64,000 nucleotides of DNA from Myxococcota bacterium (GTDB lineage: Bacteria > Myxococcota_A > UBA9160 > JAFDDA01). Positions 27,237 through 36,263 of the stretch are shown piece by piece. Location of the stretch: assembly GCA_965228475.1 (NCBI GenBank), contig OZ245817.1, positions 928,001-992,000 of the forward strand, written 5' to 3'. The translations under genes and the position numbers were made by a program. The notes below the pieces were generated by a model, which was given only the letters and a program-made list of their open reading frames with translations, had not been told where the DNA came from and searched no databases. Numbering within the stretch: position 1 is the first letter of the stretch; the number at the start of each line of letters is the position of its first letter.

Positions 27237-28163
27237 AACGGCCAGCACTTTCTCGTGACCGGCGGCGCGGGTTTCCTCGGCGGCCACCTCGTTCCGGCGC
27301 TCCGGGCCCGGGGCGCTCAGGTGACGATCGCCGATCGCGTCGCCGGGGCGCCGTCGGCCGAGGTCTCCGTGCGGGTCGTCGATCTGCTCGAGGACGACCT
27401 CGAGGATCTCCTCGCCGAAGGCCGCTACGACGGCGTCTTCCATCTGGCCGGCAACGCCGAGGTGCCCCTCTCCGTCGAGCGGCCCGAGCTCGACTTCCGG
27501 CTCAACGCCGGGGTGACGCTTCGGCTGCTCGAGGCCCTGCGCAAGGTCTCGCCCGCGGCGTCCTTCCTGTTGGCTTCGACGGCGGCGATCTACGGTGAAG
27601 CCCTCGATGGCCCGTGCCGGGAGAGCCAGCCCGCGGACCCCGTCGCCCCCTACGGCGCGAGCAAGTGGATGGCCGAGTCCTACACCGAGCTCTACGCGCG
27701 CGAGCACGGTCTGCGCACCCGCCGCGCGCGCATCTTCTCCATGTACGGAGAGGGGCTCCGCAAGCACGTCGTCTACGACCTGATCGCGAAGCTCGCCGCG
27801 AACCCGAAGCGCCTCGAAGTGCTCGGGGACGGCGGCCAGGTCCGCGATTTCCTCTACGTCGAGGACGCCGTGCGCGCGCTGCTCGCGGTCCAGGAGCATT
27901 CGCCGGGGCAGGGGGAGGCGGTGAACGTCGCGAGCGGCGTGCCGCTCACGATTCGTCAGCTCGCCCAGGCCGTGGCGGACGCCTTCGGCGGCTCGCCCGA
28001 GGTCGCGTTCGGTGCGGCGGAGGCGGCGGGCCGCTCGCGCAGTTGGATGGCCGACGTCGGCCGGTTGCGGTCCCTGGGCTTCGCGCCGCGCCACTCGCTC
28101 GAGGACGGGCTCGCCCGGACCGTCGCCTGGTACCGCGAGACCGCGGCGGAAGCGGGCGCCTAG
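27213..28163 (+). CDS. NAD-dependent epimerase/dehydratase (extended SDR)
   Basis: VTGGAGFLG, FHLAG, STAAIYG, YGASK, RDFLYVED; start could be 27213 or 27234. Confidence 0.9.
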   Translation: MDDPVAGMNGQHFLVTGGAGFLGGHLVPALRARGAQVTIADRVAGAPSAEVSVRVVDLLEDDLEDLLAEGRYDGVFHLAGNAEVPLSVERPELDFRLNAGVTLRLLEALRKVSPAASFLLASTAAIYGEALDGPCRESQPADPVAPYGASKWMAESYTELYAREHGLRTRRARIFSMYGEGLRKHVVYDLIAKLAANPKRLEVLGDGGQVRDFLYVEDAVRALLAVQEHSPGQGEAVNVASGVPLTIRQLAQAVADAFGGSPEVAFGAAEAAGRSRSWMADVGRLRSLGFAPRHSLEDGLARTVAWYRETAAEAGA

Positions 28164-28167
28164 CGCC

Positions 28168-28689
28168 TTGAGCGATCGCGTCGTCATCGTCGACTACGAC
28201 CCGGCCTGGCCGGATCGCTTCGAGAGGGCGCGCGACCGCCTGCGCGGGCTCCTGCCGGAGAGCGCCCGCATCGAGCACGTCGGCAGCACCGCGGTGCCCG
28301 GGCTCGCGGCGAAGCCGATCCTCGACCTCCTGGTCGGCGTCGCGCGGCTCGCGGAGTTCGAGGCCTGCCTCGGCGCGCTCGAGAGCGACGGCTGGCACTA
28401 CGTGCCCGAACACGAAGCGGTGTTCCCCGAGCGGCGCTTCCTTGCGAAGCCCGAGGCGCGGCCGCGGACGCACCATCTCCACGCCGTCGAGATCGGCACG
28501 CCTTTCTGGAACGACCACCTGGCCTTCCGCGACCATCTGCGCAGACACGCGTCCGCGGCCGCGGAGTACGCCGCTCTGAAACGAGAGCTCGCGGCGCGGC
28601 ACCGGGACGATCGCCTGGCCTACACCGAAGCGAAGTCCGGGTTCGTCGAGGCGGTTCTCTCCCGCTGCCGCTCGGAGGCGTCCCGCTAG
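28168..28689 (+). CDS. GrpB family protein (UPF0157)
   Basis: YDPAWP, IEHVGSTAVPGLAAKPILD, HLH, FRDHLR, YAALK, YTEAK. Confidence 0.9.
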   Translation: MSDRVVIVDYDPAWPDRFERARDRLRGLLPESARIEHVGSTAVPGLAAKPILDLLVGVARLAEFEACLGALESDGWHYVPEHEAVFPERRFLAKPEARPRTHHLHAVEIGTPFWNDHLAFRDHLRRHASAAAEYAALKRELAARHRDDRLAYTEAKSGFVEAVLSRCRSEASR

Positions 28690-28710
28690 CCGGCGCGGTA
28701 TCCTCCCCCC

Positions 28711-29109
28711 ATGGAGCCGAACGTGGTGCTGTTCGACGGCGTGTGCAACTTCTGCAGCGACGCCGTGCGCTTCCTGATCGAGCGCGATCCGGCCGGGCGC
28801 CTGCGCTTCGCCTCGCTCCAGTCCGAGACGGGCCGGGAGGTGCAGGAGCGCTTCGGTCTCGACCCCGACGCCCTCGACACGATGGTCCTCGTCGACGGGG
28901 AACGCGTGCACCTGAAGAGCAGCGCGGCGCTGCGCATCGTCCGCCGCCTGTCCGGGGCCTGGCCCCTGCTCTCGGTCTTCCTGCTCGTCCCGCCGCCGAT
29001 CCGCAACTGGTTCTACGACCGCTTCGCCGAGCGCCGCTATCGCTGGTTCGGCCAGAGCGACGAGTGCCTCGTGCCCACGCCGGAAATCCGCGAGCGGTTC
29101 CTCGCCTAG
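28711..29109 (+). CDS. DCC1-like thiol-disulfide oxidoreductase (DUF393)
   Basis: FDGVCNFC, FASLQS, RYRWFG...C. Confidence 0.9.
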   Translation: MEPNVVLFDGVCNFCSDAVRFLIERDPAGRLRFASLQSETGREVQERFGLDPDALDTMVLVDGERVHLKSSAALRIVRRLSGAWPLLSVFLLVPPPIRNWFYDRFAERRYRWFGQSDECLVPTPEIRERFLA

Positions 29110-29115
29110 CGCCGC

Positions 29116-29571
29116 ATGAGCGAGGGCCGCCCCGTCGAGATCCGGCTCCTCGGCGCACGCGACGCCTCCGTCCTCGACCTCGTGGCCGAGGAGGTCTTCG
29201 ATGACCCGATCGCGCCGGCCTCCCTCGCGGAATTCCTTTCGGACCCGCGGCACCACCTCGCCGTGGGCCTCGACCGCGGGCTCGTGGTCGGATTCGCCTC
29301 GGGCATCCACTACGTCCACCCGGACAAGCCGGCCGAGCTCTTCATCCACGAGGTCGGCGTGGCGCCGTCCCACCGGCGTCAGGGCCTCGCGAAGCGGCTG
29401 GTCGAGCGGCTGCTCCGCCGCGGCGAGGAGCTCGGCTGCCGCGAAGCCTGGGTGGCGACCGAGGCCGGCAACGGCGCGGCGCGGGCGCTCTACGAATCCG
29501 CGGGCGGGACGCCCGACGCCGAGCCCGCGGTGATCTTCAGCTTCCGCCTCGGAGGCGGCGCTTCTCAGTAG
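29116..29571 (+). CDS. GNAT family N-acetyltransferase
   Basis: VGVAPSHRRQGLA acetyl-CoA motif, N.AARALY. Confidence 0.88.
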   Translation: MSEGRPVEIRLLGARDASVLDLVAEEVFDDPIAPASLAEFLSDPRHHLAVGLDRGLVVGFASGIHYVHPDKPAELFIHEVGVAPSHRRQGLAKRLVERLLRRGEELGCREAWVATEAGNGAARALYESAGGTPDAEPAVIFSFRLGGGASQ

Positions 29572-30512
29572 GCGCCCTGGGCTTCGAAGATCCGGCGCGG
29601 GTTCGCGACCGTCATCGTATCGACGTCCGCCTGGGAGACGCCGCACTCGAGCAGCGCCGGCACGACGTCGTCGGAGATGTGGCGGAAGTTCCAGCGTGGG
29701 GCGACGGTGCTCATGTCGATGCCGGGAAACCAATCGATGTGACAGCACGCGTCGTGCGAGAGCACCATCTGGTTCGCGTAGCCGCGCTTGCAGAGCTCGA
29801 CGATCGTGTCGACGCGCTGCTTCGTCGGCAGGATCATGTCGATGCCGAAGCGGTCCATGCCGATCGTGCTGCCGCGGGTGAGGATCGATTCGAGGTAGCC
29901 GAGGTCCTGGCTGTCGCCGCAGTGGCCGATCACCACGCGGGAGAGGTCGACCCCTTCGCGCTCGAAGACGTCCTGCTGCTTCGGGCCGACGCCGTGTTCG
30001 ACGCTCGTGTGGGTGGAGATCGGCGCGCCGCTCTGCCGGTGCAGGCGCGCGGCGACGGTGAGGAGCTTCTCGTTGATCTCGGTCACGCCGAGGTGGTCGG
30101 TCGCGCACTTGATGATGCCGGCGCGGACGTTCGTGCCCTCGATGCCCTCGGTGAGGTCGCGCAGCAGCCACTCGACCAGCGCGTCGGGCGGCCAGGCGGC
30201 GAGCCAGGGCTCTTCGGACCAGTAGAGCCCCGTCGCGGCGATGATCTGCATCTGCGCGCGTTCGGCGACCTGGCGGATGATTTCGATGTCGCGCCCGAGG
30301 TTGATCGGCGTGAGGTCGACGATGGTGGTGACGCCGCGTTCCTTTGCCGCGAGGACCTCGGCGGTGGCCTTCTCGACGTGGGCTTCGGGGTCGATCCAAT
30401 CCGGAAAGGCCTTGCGCATGGCCGGGTTCGCGATCAGCACGTGCTCGTGCATGAGCGTGAAACCGAGCTCGCTCGTCTCGATCGGGCCGAGCATGCCGGG
30501 AACGGTCGCCAT
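29565..30512 (-). CDS. Phosphotriesterase-related protein (PTE/PLL family)
   Basis: LMHEH, GRD, ATGLY, GIIK, ISTHT, IGHCGD, MDRFG, LSHD, NPRRIF. Confidence 0.92.
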   Translation of the reverse strand: MATVPGMLGPIETSELGFTLMHEHVLIANPAMRKAFPDWIDPEAHVEKATAEVLAAKERGVTTIVDLTPINLGRDIEIIRQVAERAQMQIIAATGLYWSEEPWLAAWPPDALVEWLLRDLTEGIEGTNVRAGIIKCATDHLGVTEINEKLLTVAARLHRQSGAPISTHTSVEHGVGPKQQDVFEREGVDLSRVVIGHCGDSQDLGYLESILTRGSTIGMDRFGIDMILPTKQRVDTIVELCKRGYANQMVLSHDACCHIDWFPGIDMSTVAPRWNFRHISDDVVPALLECGVSQADVDTMTVANPRRIFEAQGAY

Positions 30513-30553
30513 GGGAACCTCCTCCCGGCCCTTATATCACGCGCCCCCGCCGA

Positions 30554-31396
30554 TCAGATGCACCCTTCGTGTTCGCGGCCGCGAACGAGGGTGTAGGGGC
30601 GGCTCGCGAGGATCGGGTGGCCATCCGCGAGGTACCGGCAACGGGCGCTCGCGAAGTGGGCCAGGATCATGCGCCGGAAGCCTTCGGTCCGGTTGCGCCC
30701 GGAGCCGTGCAGCAGGTACGGGTGAAACAGGATCGTGTCGCCCGGCTCCATCTCGACGTGGACGCGCTCCTCGCGTTCGGCCGCGTCGGTCTTCGCGCCG
30801 AAGTAGCCCATGTTCAACCACTCCCACTCGGGGTTCTCGTGGGCCAGGAGCCCGGCGTGGTGGCTTCCGGGCACGACCACGAGGCAGCCGTTCTCGCGCG
30901 TGCAGGGTTCGAGCGCCGTCGAGCTGCCGACCACGGCGTTCGCGGGCCGGAAGGGGAAGTAGAGCATGTCCTGGTGGAGCGGGTGCCGTCCATCCACGCC
31001 GGGCGGCTTGTTGATCAGCATGGTGTGGATCGACTTGATGTCCGGGCCCGTCAGCGGTTCGAGGAGCGAGAGCAGCCGTTCGTTGCGCACGTAGCCGTCG
31101 AAGAGGACCGGGTCGTTGTGGAAGTCCTGGATCTTGGCGATGCCGGCCGCGCGCGAGGCCGGCGTGACGGCGCCCTTGGCGACCATGACGTCGCGCATGA
31201 CGAGCATCCCTTCGGCGGGCTCGGTCTCGCCCTCGACGATGGCGGCGAAGCGTTCGCGCCACGGGGCGACCTCGGCCGCATCGAACAGGCCGCGCAGCAC
31301 CAGGTAGCCGCGGGTCTCGTATTCCTCGAGCTGCTCGGCCGAGAGAGCGGTCGGGGCGGACGGCGCACGGGAGACGGGGGAGGGCAGGGAACTCAT
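30554..31396 (-). CDS. Phytanoyl-CoA dioxygenase family (Fe/2OG)
   Basis: HTMLINKPP, HPLHQD..YFPFRP, ENGCLVVVPGSH, GD.ILFH..LLHGSG.N...R. Confidence 0.9.
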   Translation of the reverse strand: MSSLPSPVSRAPSAPTALSAEQLEEYETRGYLVLRGLFDAAEVAPWRERFAAIVEGETEPAEGMLVMRDVMVAKGAVTPASRAAGIAKIQDFHNDPVLFDGYVRNERLLSLLEPLTGPDIKSIHTMLINKPPGVDGRHPLHQDMLYFPFRPANAVVGSSTALEPCTRENGCLVVVPGSHHAGLLAHENPEWEWLNMGYFGAKTDAAEREERVHVEMEPGDTILFHPYLLHGSGRNRTEGFRRMILAHFASARCRYLADGHPILASRPYTLVRGREHEGCI

Positions 31397-31430
31397 GGCT
31401 GGATTTCCGGCTGGAGTCGGGCGCCCGGCC

Positions 31431-31446
31431 TTTATACAATAGGAAA
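31431..31446. promoter_or_regulatory. AT-rich divergent promoter / imperfect palindromic operator (TTTATACAATAGGAAA)
   Basis: Contains TACAAT (+) and TATAAA (-) between the divergent phyH-like and dehydrogenase genes; the operon ends in an XRE-cupin regulator. Confidence 0.45.
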
Positions 31447-31475
31447 AATCGAGAGTCGATCGGAGAATTCAGCCC

Positions 31476-32573
31476 ATGGCCCCGCCCCGCACGACCCTGG
31501 CGATGGTCCAGACCGCTCCCCGCGTGCTCGAGGCCCGGGAGCTGCCCATCCCGGACCTGACCGAGGACACGGCGCTCCTGCGCATCGAGGCCTGCGGCAT
31601 CTGCGGGAGCGACGCCGAGCAGTTCGAGGGCGTCCTGCGAACGCCCATGCCGGCCATCCCCGGGCACGAGCCGCTCGGCATCGTCGAGGCCATCGGCGAG
31701 CGCGCCGCGCGGCGCTGGGGCGTCGACGTCGGCGACCGGGTCGCCGTCGAAACCATGCTGCCCTGCCAGCACTGCGAGGTCTGCCGCTCGGGCGACTACC
31801 ACCTCTGTACGCGGAAGCGCGTCTATTCCTACGTGCCGCTCGATCACGAGCACGGTCTGTTCGGCGCCTACAGCCAGTACCTGGTGCTCGACCCGCGCAG
31901 CATCGTCCATCGCATCGATCCGGCCCTGCCGCCGGAGATCGCGGTGATGTTCAACCCGCTCGGCGCCGGCTACCGCTGGGCGGTGGAGATCCCGGGCACG
32001 GGGCCGGGCGACGTCGTGCTGATCCTCGGCCCCGGTCAGCGCGGGCTCGCGAGCGTGATTGCCGCGCGGGAGGCGGGCGCGGCGAAGATCATCGTCACCG
32101 GGCTCGCGGCCGACGCGCGCAAGCTCGAGCTCGCGCGGGCGTTCGGGGCCGACGCCACCATCGACGTCGAGAACGAGGATCTGAAGCATCGCGTGCGCGA
32201 GCTGACCGACGGCCGCGGCGCCGACGTCGTGGTCGAGGTGACGGCCTGGGCCACGGGCCCGGTGCGCGACTCGATCGACTGCGTCCGGCCCGGGGGCACC
32301 GTCGTGCTGGCCGGCGTGAAGGGCTTCAAGCCGATCCCGGACTTCATCTCGGACAAGATCGTGCTCAAGGAGATCGTGATGCGGGGGGCGATCGGCGTGA
32401 CCTCCTCGGGCTACCGGAGCGCGATCCGCCTGCTCGAGTCGGGCCGCGTTCCCGTCGAGCAGATGCACACCCACCGCTTCCCGCTGCGCGAGGCGGAGCT
32501 CGCCATCCGCACGCTTTCTCGGGAGATCCCCGGCGAGGAGTCGATCCATTCATGCCTGATTCCCGAATCGTGA
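31476..32573 (+). CDS. Zinc-binding dehydrogenase (MDR family)
   Basis: CGICGSD, GHE, CQHCEVC...C, LGPGQRG. Confidence 0.9.
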   Translation: MAPPRTTLAMVQTAPRVLEARELPIPDLTEDTALLRIEACGICGSDAEQFEGVLRTPMPAIPGHEPLGIVEAIGERAARRWGVDVGDRVAVETMLPCQHCEVCRSGDYHLCTRKRVYSYVPLDHEHGLFGAYSQYLVLDPRSIVHRIDPALPPEIAVMFNPLGAGYRWAVEIPGTGPGDVVLILGPGQRGLASVIAAREAGAAKIIVTGLAADARKLELARAFGADATIDVENEDLKHRVRELTDGRGADVVVEVTAWATGPVRDSIDCVRPGGTVVLAGVKGFKPIPDFISDKIVLKEIVMRGAIGVTSSGYRSAIRLLESGRVPVEQMHTHRFPLREAELAIRTLSREIPGEESIHSCLIPES

Positions 32574-33436
32574 GCGGTGTGAGCGGCGACGTGCGGAGCG
32601 CGGTGGAAGCGGAAGTCGAGGGGGCGCCCTACGCCCGGCGCCTCGGCCTCGCGCTCGATGCCGCCCGGCCCGACGGGCTCCGCTTGACCCTCCCGTTCCA
32701 GACCGAGAACACGAACCCCGGCGACGTGCTCCACGGCGGGGTGGCGGCCTCGGTCTCCGCGATCGGCGCGCGCGCCGTGGCGCGGAGCGCCTTCGAAAGC
32801 GCGACGGCCCCGCTCGGCGTCGGCCAGATCCAGATCGCCTATCTCGCCGCCGCGAAGGGTGAGACGGTCGTGGCGGAGGCGCGTCTCCTGCGTCGCGGGA
32901 AGACGCTCTGCTTCGTCTCGGTCACCACGGCGACCGAGGACGGGAAGCCCATCGCCGAAGCGCTCGCCACGGTGGTCCTGCGGCCCGACGCCCCGGCCGA
33001 GCGCGCCTTCCCGGTGGCCGGCGACGACGGTGCGGCGGACCCCGGACCCATGGGGCCCCACGTGGTGAAGACGCCCTTCATGAGCCGGCTCGGCCTGCGC
33101 ATCGAGAACATGCAGGGCGGGCGTTCGCGCATCGTCCTCCCGGCAACGCCGGAGAACGGCGACGCCCAAGGTCGGGTCCACGACGGCGCGCTCCTGGCGC
33201 TGCTCGACACCACGGGCGCCATGGCGTCCTGGGCCGAGACGGGCCCGGGCGCGTACCGGGCTTCGACGCCGAGCCTCCAGGCCCAGATCGTCGCGCCCGT
33301 GCCCCCGGGCGATCTCGTCGCCTATGGCCGGCTCGTGCAGCGCGAGGGCGACTGCTTCTGGGCCGACGTCGAGGTCGCGGGCGGCGGCGGCGAGGGCGTC
33401 GCCCGCGGCACCGTGCTCTATCGGATCGTTCCGTGA
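32570..33436 (+). CDS. PaaI family thioesterase, tandem hotdog domains
   Basis: NPGDVLHGG and GRVHDGALLALLD, two hotdog repeats; GTGA coupling at both ends. Confidence 0.8.
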   Translation: MSGVSGDVRSAVEAEVEGAPYARRLGLALDAARPDGLRLTLPFQTENTNPGDVLHGGVAASVSAIGARAVARSAFESATAPLGVGQIQIAYLAAAKGETVVAEARLLRRGKTLCFVSVTTATEDGKPIAEALATVVLRPDAPAERAFPVAGDDGAADPGPMGPHVVKTPFMSRLGLRIENMQGGRSRIVLPATPENGDAQGRVHDGALLALLDTTGAMASWAETGPGAYRASTPSLQAQIVAPVPPGDLVAYGRLVQREGDCFWADVEVAGGGGEGVARGTVLYRIVP

Positions 33437-34062
33437 GCGGGTCTCCCGACCGCGACGAGACGCTCGACGTCGAGCTCGCGCGCATCGGCCGCCGCGTGCG
33501 GCGCTGGCGCGAGGAGCGCGGGCTCACGCTCCAGGAGCTCGCGGCGAAGAGCGGCCTCGCGACGAGCACCGTGCACAAGGTCGAGAGCGTCCAGATGGTG
33601 CCGAGCGTCGCGGTGATCCTGAAGCTCGCCCGGGGGCTCGGCCGCCCGCCCGGCGACCTCGTCCACGACGGCGGCGAGGCGCTCGAGGCGGTGCACCAGC
33701 GCGCGGCGGATCGTCACCCGCTGGGCGTCGAAGGGGCGATGGTGGTCGAGCGGCTCTCGGCGGATCTCTTCGAACCGGCGCTCGAGACCTGGCGCGTGAC
33801 GGTGCACCCCGGCGTTTCCTCCGGCGACGCCATCTCCTACGACGGCGAGGAGCTCGTCGTGATGGAGGAGGGGGTGCTCTCCTTCCGCGTCGGCGAGGCG
33901 ACCCACGAACTCGCCGCGGGCGACACGCTGCACTTCAAGGCCGACGCCCCCCACCGCTGGAAGAACGAGTCCTCGGCGCCGGCGCGTTTCCTGGTGACGG
34001 GCACCCTCGCGCGACGCTTCCGCGAGAGCATGGAGGGCGCCGTCGCGGCGATCGCGCGCTGA
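33433..34062 (+). CDS. XRE family HTH plus cupin transcriptional regulator
   Basis: RGLTLQELAAKSGL...KVE...PS HTH; GEE...EG...GDTLHF...PH.W.N cupin. Confidence 0.9.
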   Translation: MSGSPDRDETLDVELARIGRRVRRWREERGLTLQELAAKSGLATSTVHKVESVQMVPSVAVILKLARGLGRPPGDLVHDGGEALEAVHQRAADRHPLGVEGAMVVERLSADLFEPALETWRVTVHPGVSSGDAISYDGEELVVMEEGVLSFRVGEATHELAAGDTLHFKADAPHRWKNESSAPARFLVTGTLARRFRESMEGAVAAIAR

Positions 34063-34154
34063 GCGAAGCCCGGACCCGTGGCCCGTCCGGGGCGATGCCG
34101 GCCGGCTGCCGGCTCGCGCGCGGAGCGGACCGGTTTCGAGGTATCCTCTCCGCC

Positions 34155-35915
34155 ATGCCCGGACGCGCCCCGCTCTGCTGGATCGCCCTGCTTGCTGCGC
34201 TGTGGATGGCCCCTCCGGCCGCGGCCCAGGCGGTCGACGATGCGCTCCGGGAGCGGGTCGCCGAAGAAGGCCGCGTGATGGTGATCGTCGAGCTCGAGGA
34301 GCCGACGGTGCCCGAGGGCTGGATCGCCCGCCGCGCGGACCTCGACGGCCAGCGGCGCCGCGTCGCCACCCGCCAGATCGAGGCGATCTACGAGCTCGGC
34401 GGAACGGATGCCGGTCCGGTCCGTCCCTACGCACAGGTTCCGTTCCTCGCGGTGCCGGTCGGCCCCGAGGCCCTCGAGGCGCTCGCGCGCTCGCCGCGCG
34501 TACGCAGCGTTCGCGCATCCCGGGTCTTCGCACCGAGCCTCGCGGAGAGCCTGGAGATCATCCAGGCCGACCAGGCGCAAGCGATCGGGTTCGATGGAAC
34601 CGGGCAGACGGTCGTCGTTCTCGATACGGGGACGGACGGTGGCCATCAGAACTTCCCGCCCGGGAAGTTCGTCGATGAGGCCTGCTTCTCCGACGGCGCG
34701 ACCGCAGGCGGCGCTCCGCAGGGCGGCGGCTTCGGAGACTGTCCGGGGGGTGGCGACACGGCCTTCGGCCCCGCGGCCGCCGTGCCCTGCACCTACGCCG
34801 CTCACTGCTTCCATGGGACCCACGTGGCCGGCATCGCGGTCGGCTCCGGGCCGACCTTGCCCGGCGTGGCGCCCGGCGCAAGTCTGATCCCGATCCAGAT
34901 CGCCTCGGAGTTCCCGGGGTCGCACCCTTCCTGCGGCGGTTCGCCGTGCCCGCTCTCCTGGGAGCACGACACCGACGCGGCGCTTTCCTACGTCTACACG
35001 ACGTTGCGCCACTCCCACACGATCGCGTCGGTGAACCTCAGCCTGGGCGGCGCGGTCTACACTTCGGCCTGCGATGCCGCTTTCCCTGCGAAGAAGGCGA
35101 TCATCGACAACCTGCGCTCGGTCGGGATCGCGACGGTGATCGCGACGGGGAACAACGGTTGCTCCGGGGTCGGGTGTACCGACGCGATCTCCGCACCGAG
35201 CTGCATCTCCTCCGCCGTGAGCGTGAGCGCAACCCGGGACGAAACGGGCAACCCCGCAACCTTCGCCAACCGCGCCCCGTTCATGACGTTCTATGCACCG
35301 GGGCAGTCCATCCTGGCGCCTCAATACCAGACGGTCGATCAGTACCAGAACTCCTCGGGCACCTCGATGGCGGCGCCGCACATCGCTGGCGCCTGGGCCC
35401 TCCTTCAGCAGGCGGTGCCCGGAACGAGCGTCTCGTCCCTGGTGAGCGTTCTCGAGGCGACCGAGACCTACGCCAGCCCTGGCGCTGGCCGCCCGAACCT
35501 GCGCGATGCCCTCGGCCAGCTCGGCTACCCGGAGTGCGACGACGGGATCGACAACGACGGCGACGGCGCCGTCGACACGGCCGACCTCGGCTGCGACGAC
35601 GCGGCCGACCTGTTCGAGCGGTCCGACGCCCTCGCCTGTGACAACGGGCTCGACGACGACGGGGACGGCGAGATCGACCTGGCCGACCCGGGATGCGGAC
35701 ACCCGGGCTCCATCCGCGAAGACCCCGCCTGCGACGACGGGATCGACAACGACGGGGACGGCGGGATCGACTGGGACGGCTCGCCCGCGGACCCCGAGTG
35801 CCTCTCGGGCCACATCACCGCCGAGTCCCCGCCGGGCTGCGGGCTCGGCCCGGAGCTGGTCCTGCTGCTCCCCGCCCTGGCGGCCCGCTTCCGGCGACGG
35901 AAAAACATTTCCTAG
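34155..35915 (+). CDS. Secreted S8 (subtilisin-like) serine peptidase with Asp-rich Cys repeats and a C-terminal sorting signal
   Basis: Signal peptide; triad VVVLDTG / HGTHVAG / GTSMAAPH; three CDDGIDNDGDG-type repeats; ends GCGLGPELVLLLPALAARFRRRK. Confidence 0.92.
   Translation: MPGRAPLCWIALLAALWMAPPAAAQAVDDALRERVAEEGRVMVIVELEEPTVPEGWIARRADLDGQRRRVATRQIEAIYELGGTDAGPVRPYAQVPFLAVPVGPEALEALARSPRVRSVRASRVFAPSLAESLEIIQADQAQAIGFDGTGQTVVVLDTGTDGGHQNFPPGKFVDEACFSDGATAGGAPQGGGFGDCPGGGDTAFGPAAAVPCTYAAHCFHGTHVAGIAVGSGPTLPGVAPGASLIPIQIASEFPGSHPSCGGSPCPLSWEHDTDAALSYVYTTLRHSHTIASVNLSLGGAVYTSACDAAFPAKKAIIDNLRSVGIATVIATGNNGCSGVGCTDAISAPSCISSAVSVSATRDETGNPATFANRAPFMTFYAPGQSILAPQYQTVDQYQNSSGTSMAAPHIAGAWALLQQAVPGTSVSSLVSVLEATETYASPGAGRPNLRDALGQLGYPECDDGIDNDGDGAVDTADLGCDDAADLFERSDALACDNGLDDDGDGEIDLADPGCGHPGSIREDPACDDGIDNDGDGGIDWDGSPADPECLSGHITAESPPGCGLGPELVLLLPALAARFRRRKNIS
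35535..35801 (+). repeat. Three coding CD[DN]G[IL]D[ND]DGDG..D...D..C repeats (putative Ca-binding)
   Basis: TGCGACGACGGGATCGACAACGACGG recurs at about 35535 and 35730, with a variant at about 35637. Confidence 0.8.
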
Positions 35916-35958
35916 TCTGGGCAGCGGAATGCCTTCACGGGTGCGTGGGGCGGAATCC

Positions 35959-35971
35959 TAACTACCTGAAA
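35959..35971. promoter_or_regulatory. IHF-like binding site candidate
   Basis: TAACTACCTGAAA reads TTTCAGGTAGTTA on the minus strand versus WATCAANNNNTTR (2 mismatches); about 27 bp upstream of the sigma54 box. Confidence 0.45.
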
Positions 35972-35997
35972 ACAAAGGGATCTCGCCCTGAGCGGGC

Positions 35998-36012
35998 TGG
36001 CATCCATCTTGC
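35998..36012 (+). promoter_or_regulatory. Sigma54 (-24/-12) promoter
   Basis: TGGCAT-CCATC-TTGC versus consensus TGGCAC-N5-TTGC, with exact GG-N10-GC spacing. Confidence 0.75.
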
Positions 36013-36023
36013 GATGTAATGAG

Positions 36024-36103
36024 GCGTACTCGGGGACCGCGCGCCGAGGCCGCCACCCGCTGGGAAGGGGATCGTGGCCAGAGCGCGCGGTCCCTTCTCT
36101 TTT
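36024..36103 (+). ncRNA. Candidate sigma54-dependent small RNA 1 (about 80 nt hairpin)
   Basis: 12-bp perfect stem GGGACCGCGCGC (36033-36044) / GCGCGCGGTCCC (36083-36094) followed by TTCTCTTTT; no downstream + strand gene. Confidence 0.6.
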
Positions 36104-36174
36104 GGCCCCTGGGCCCCTCCGAGAGCTTTATTTGCGTGTTGACGAGGCTTTCTTGCCCGCGGCGTGACACTTCT

Positions 36175-36263
36175 GCCGGGCCGAAGCCACTTCTCTATGA
36201 CAACACAACATCCCCTTCCCAGGGAGGCCCGGATCCGCTTGCGGATTCGGGCCTTTATCTTTT
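36175..36263 (+). ncRNA. Candidate small RNA 2 (CA/CU-rich single-stranded region plus intrinsic terminator); 5' end uncertain
   Basis: ACTTCTCTATGACAACACAACATCCCCTTCCC followed by a terminator; TTGACG at 36139-36144 upstream. Confidence 0.55.
36225..36263 (+). terminator. Intrinsic terminator with CUUG tetraloop
   Basis: AGGCCCGGATCCG-CTTG-CGGATTCGGGCCT (13 bp, one G-U) then TTATCTTTT on the + strand. Confidence 0.8.

Noticed and set aside
29116..29571. GNAT as an aminoglycoside resistance gene or toxin
   Set aside because: No antitoxin or mobile context; substrate cannot be inferred from sequence
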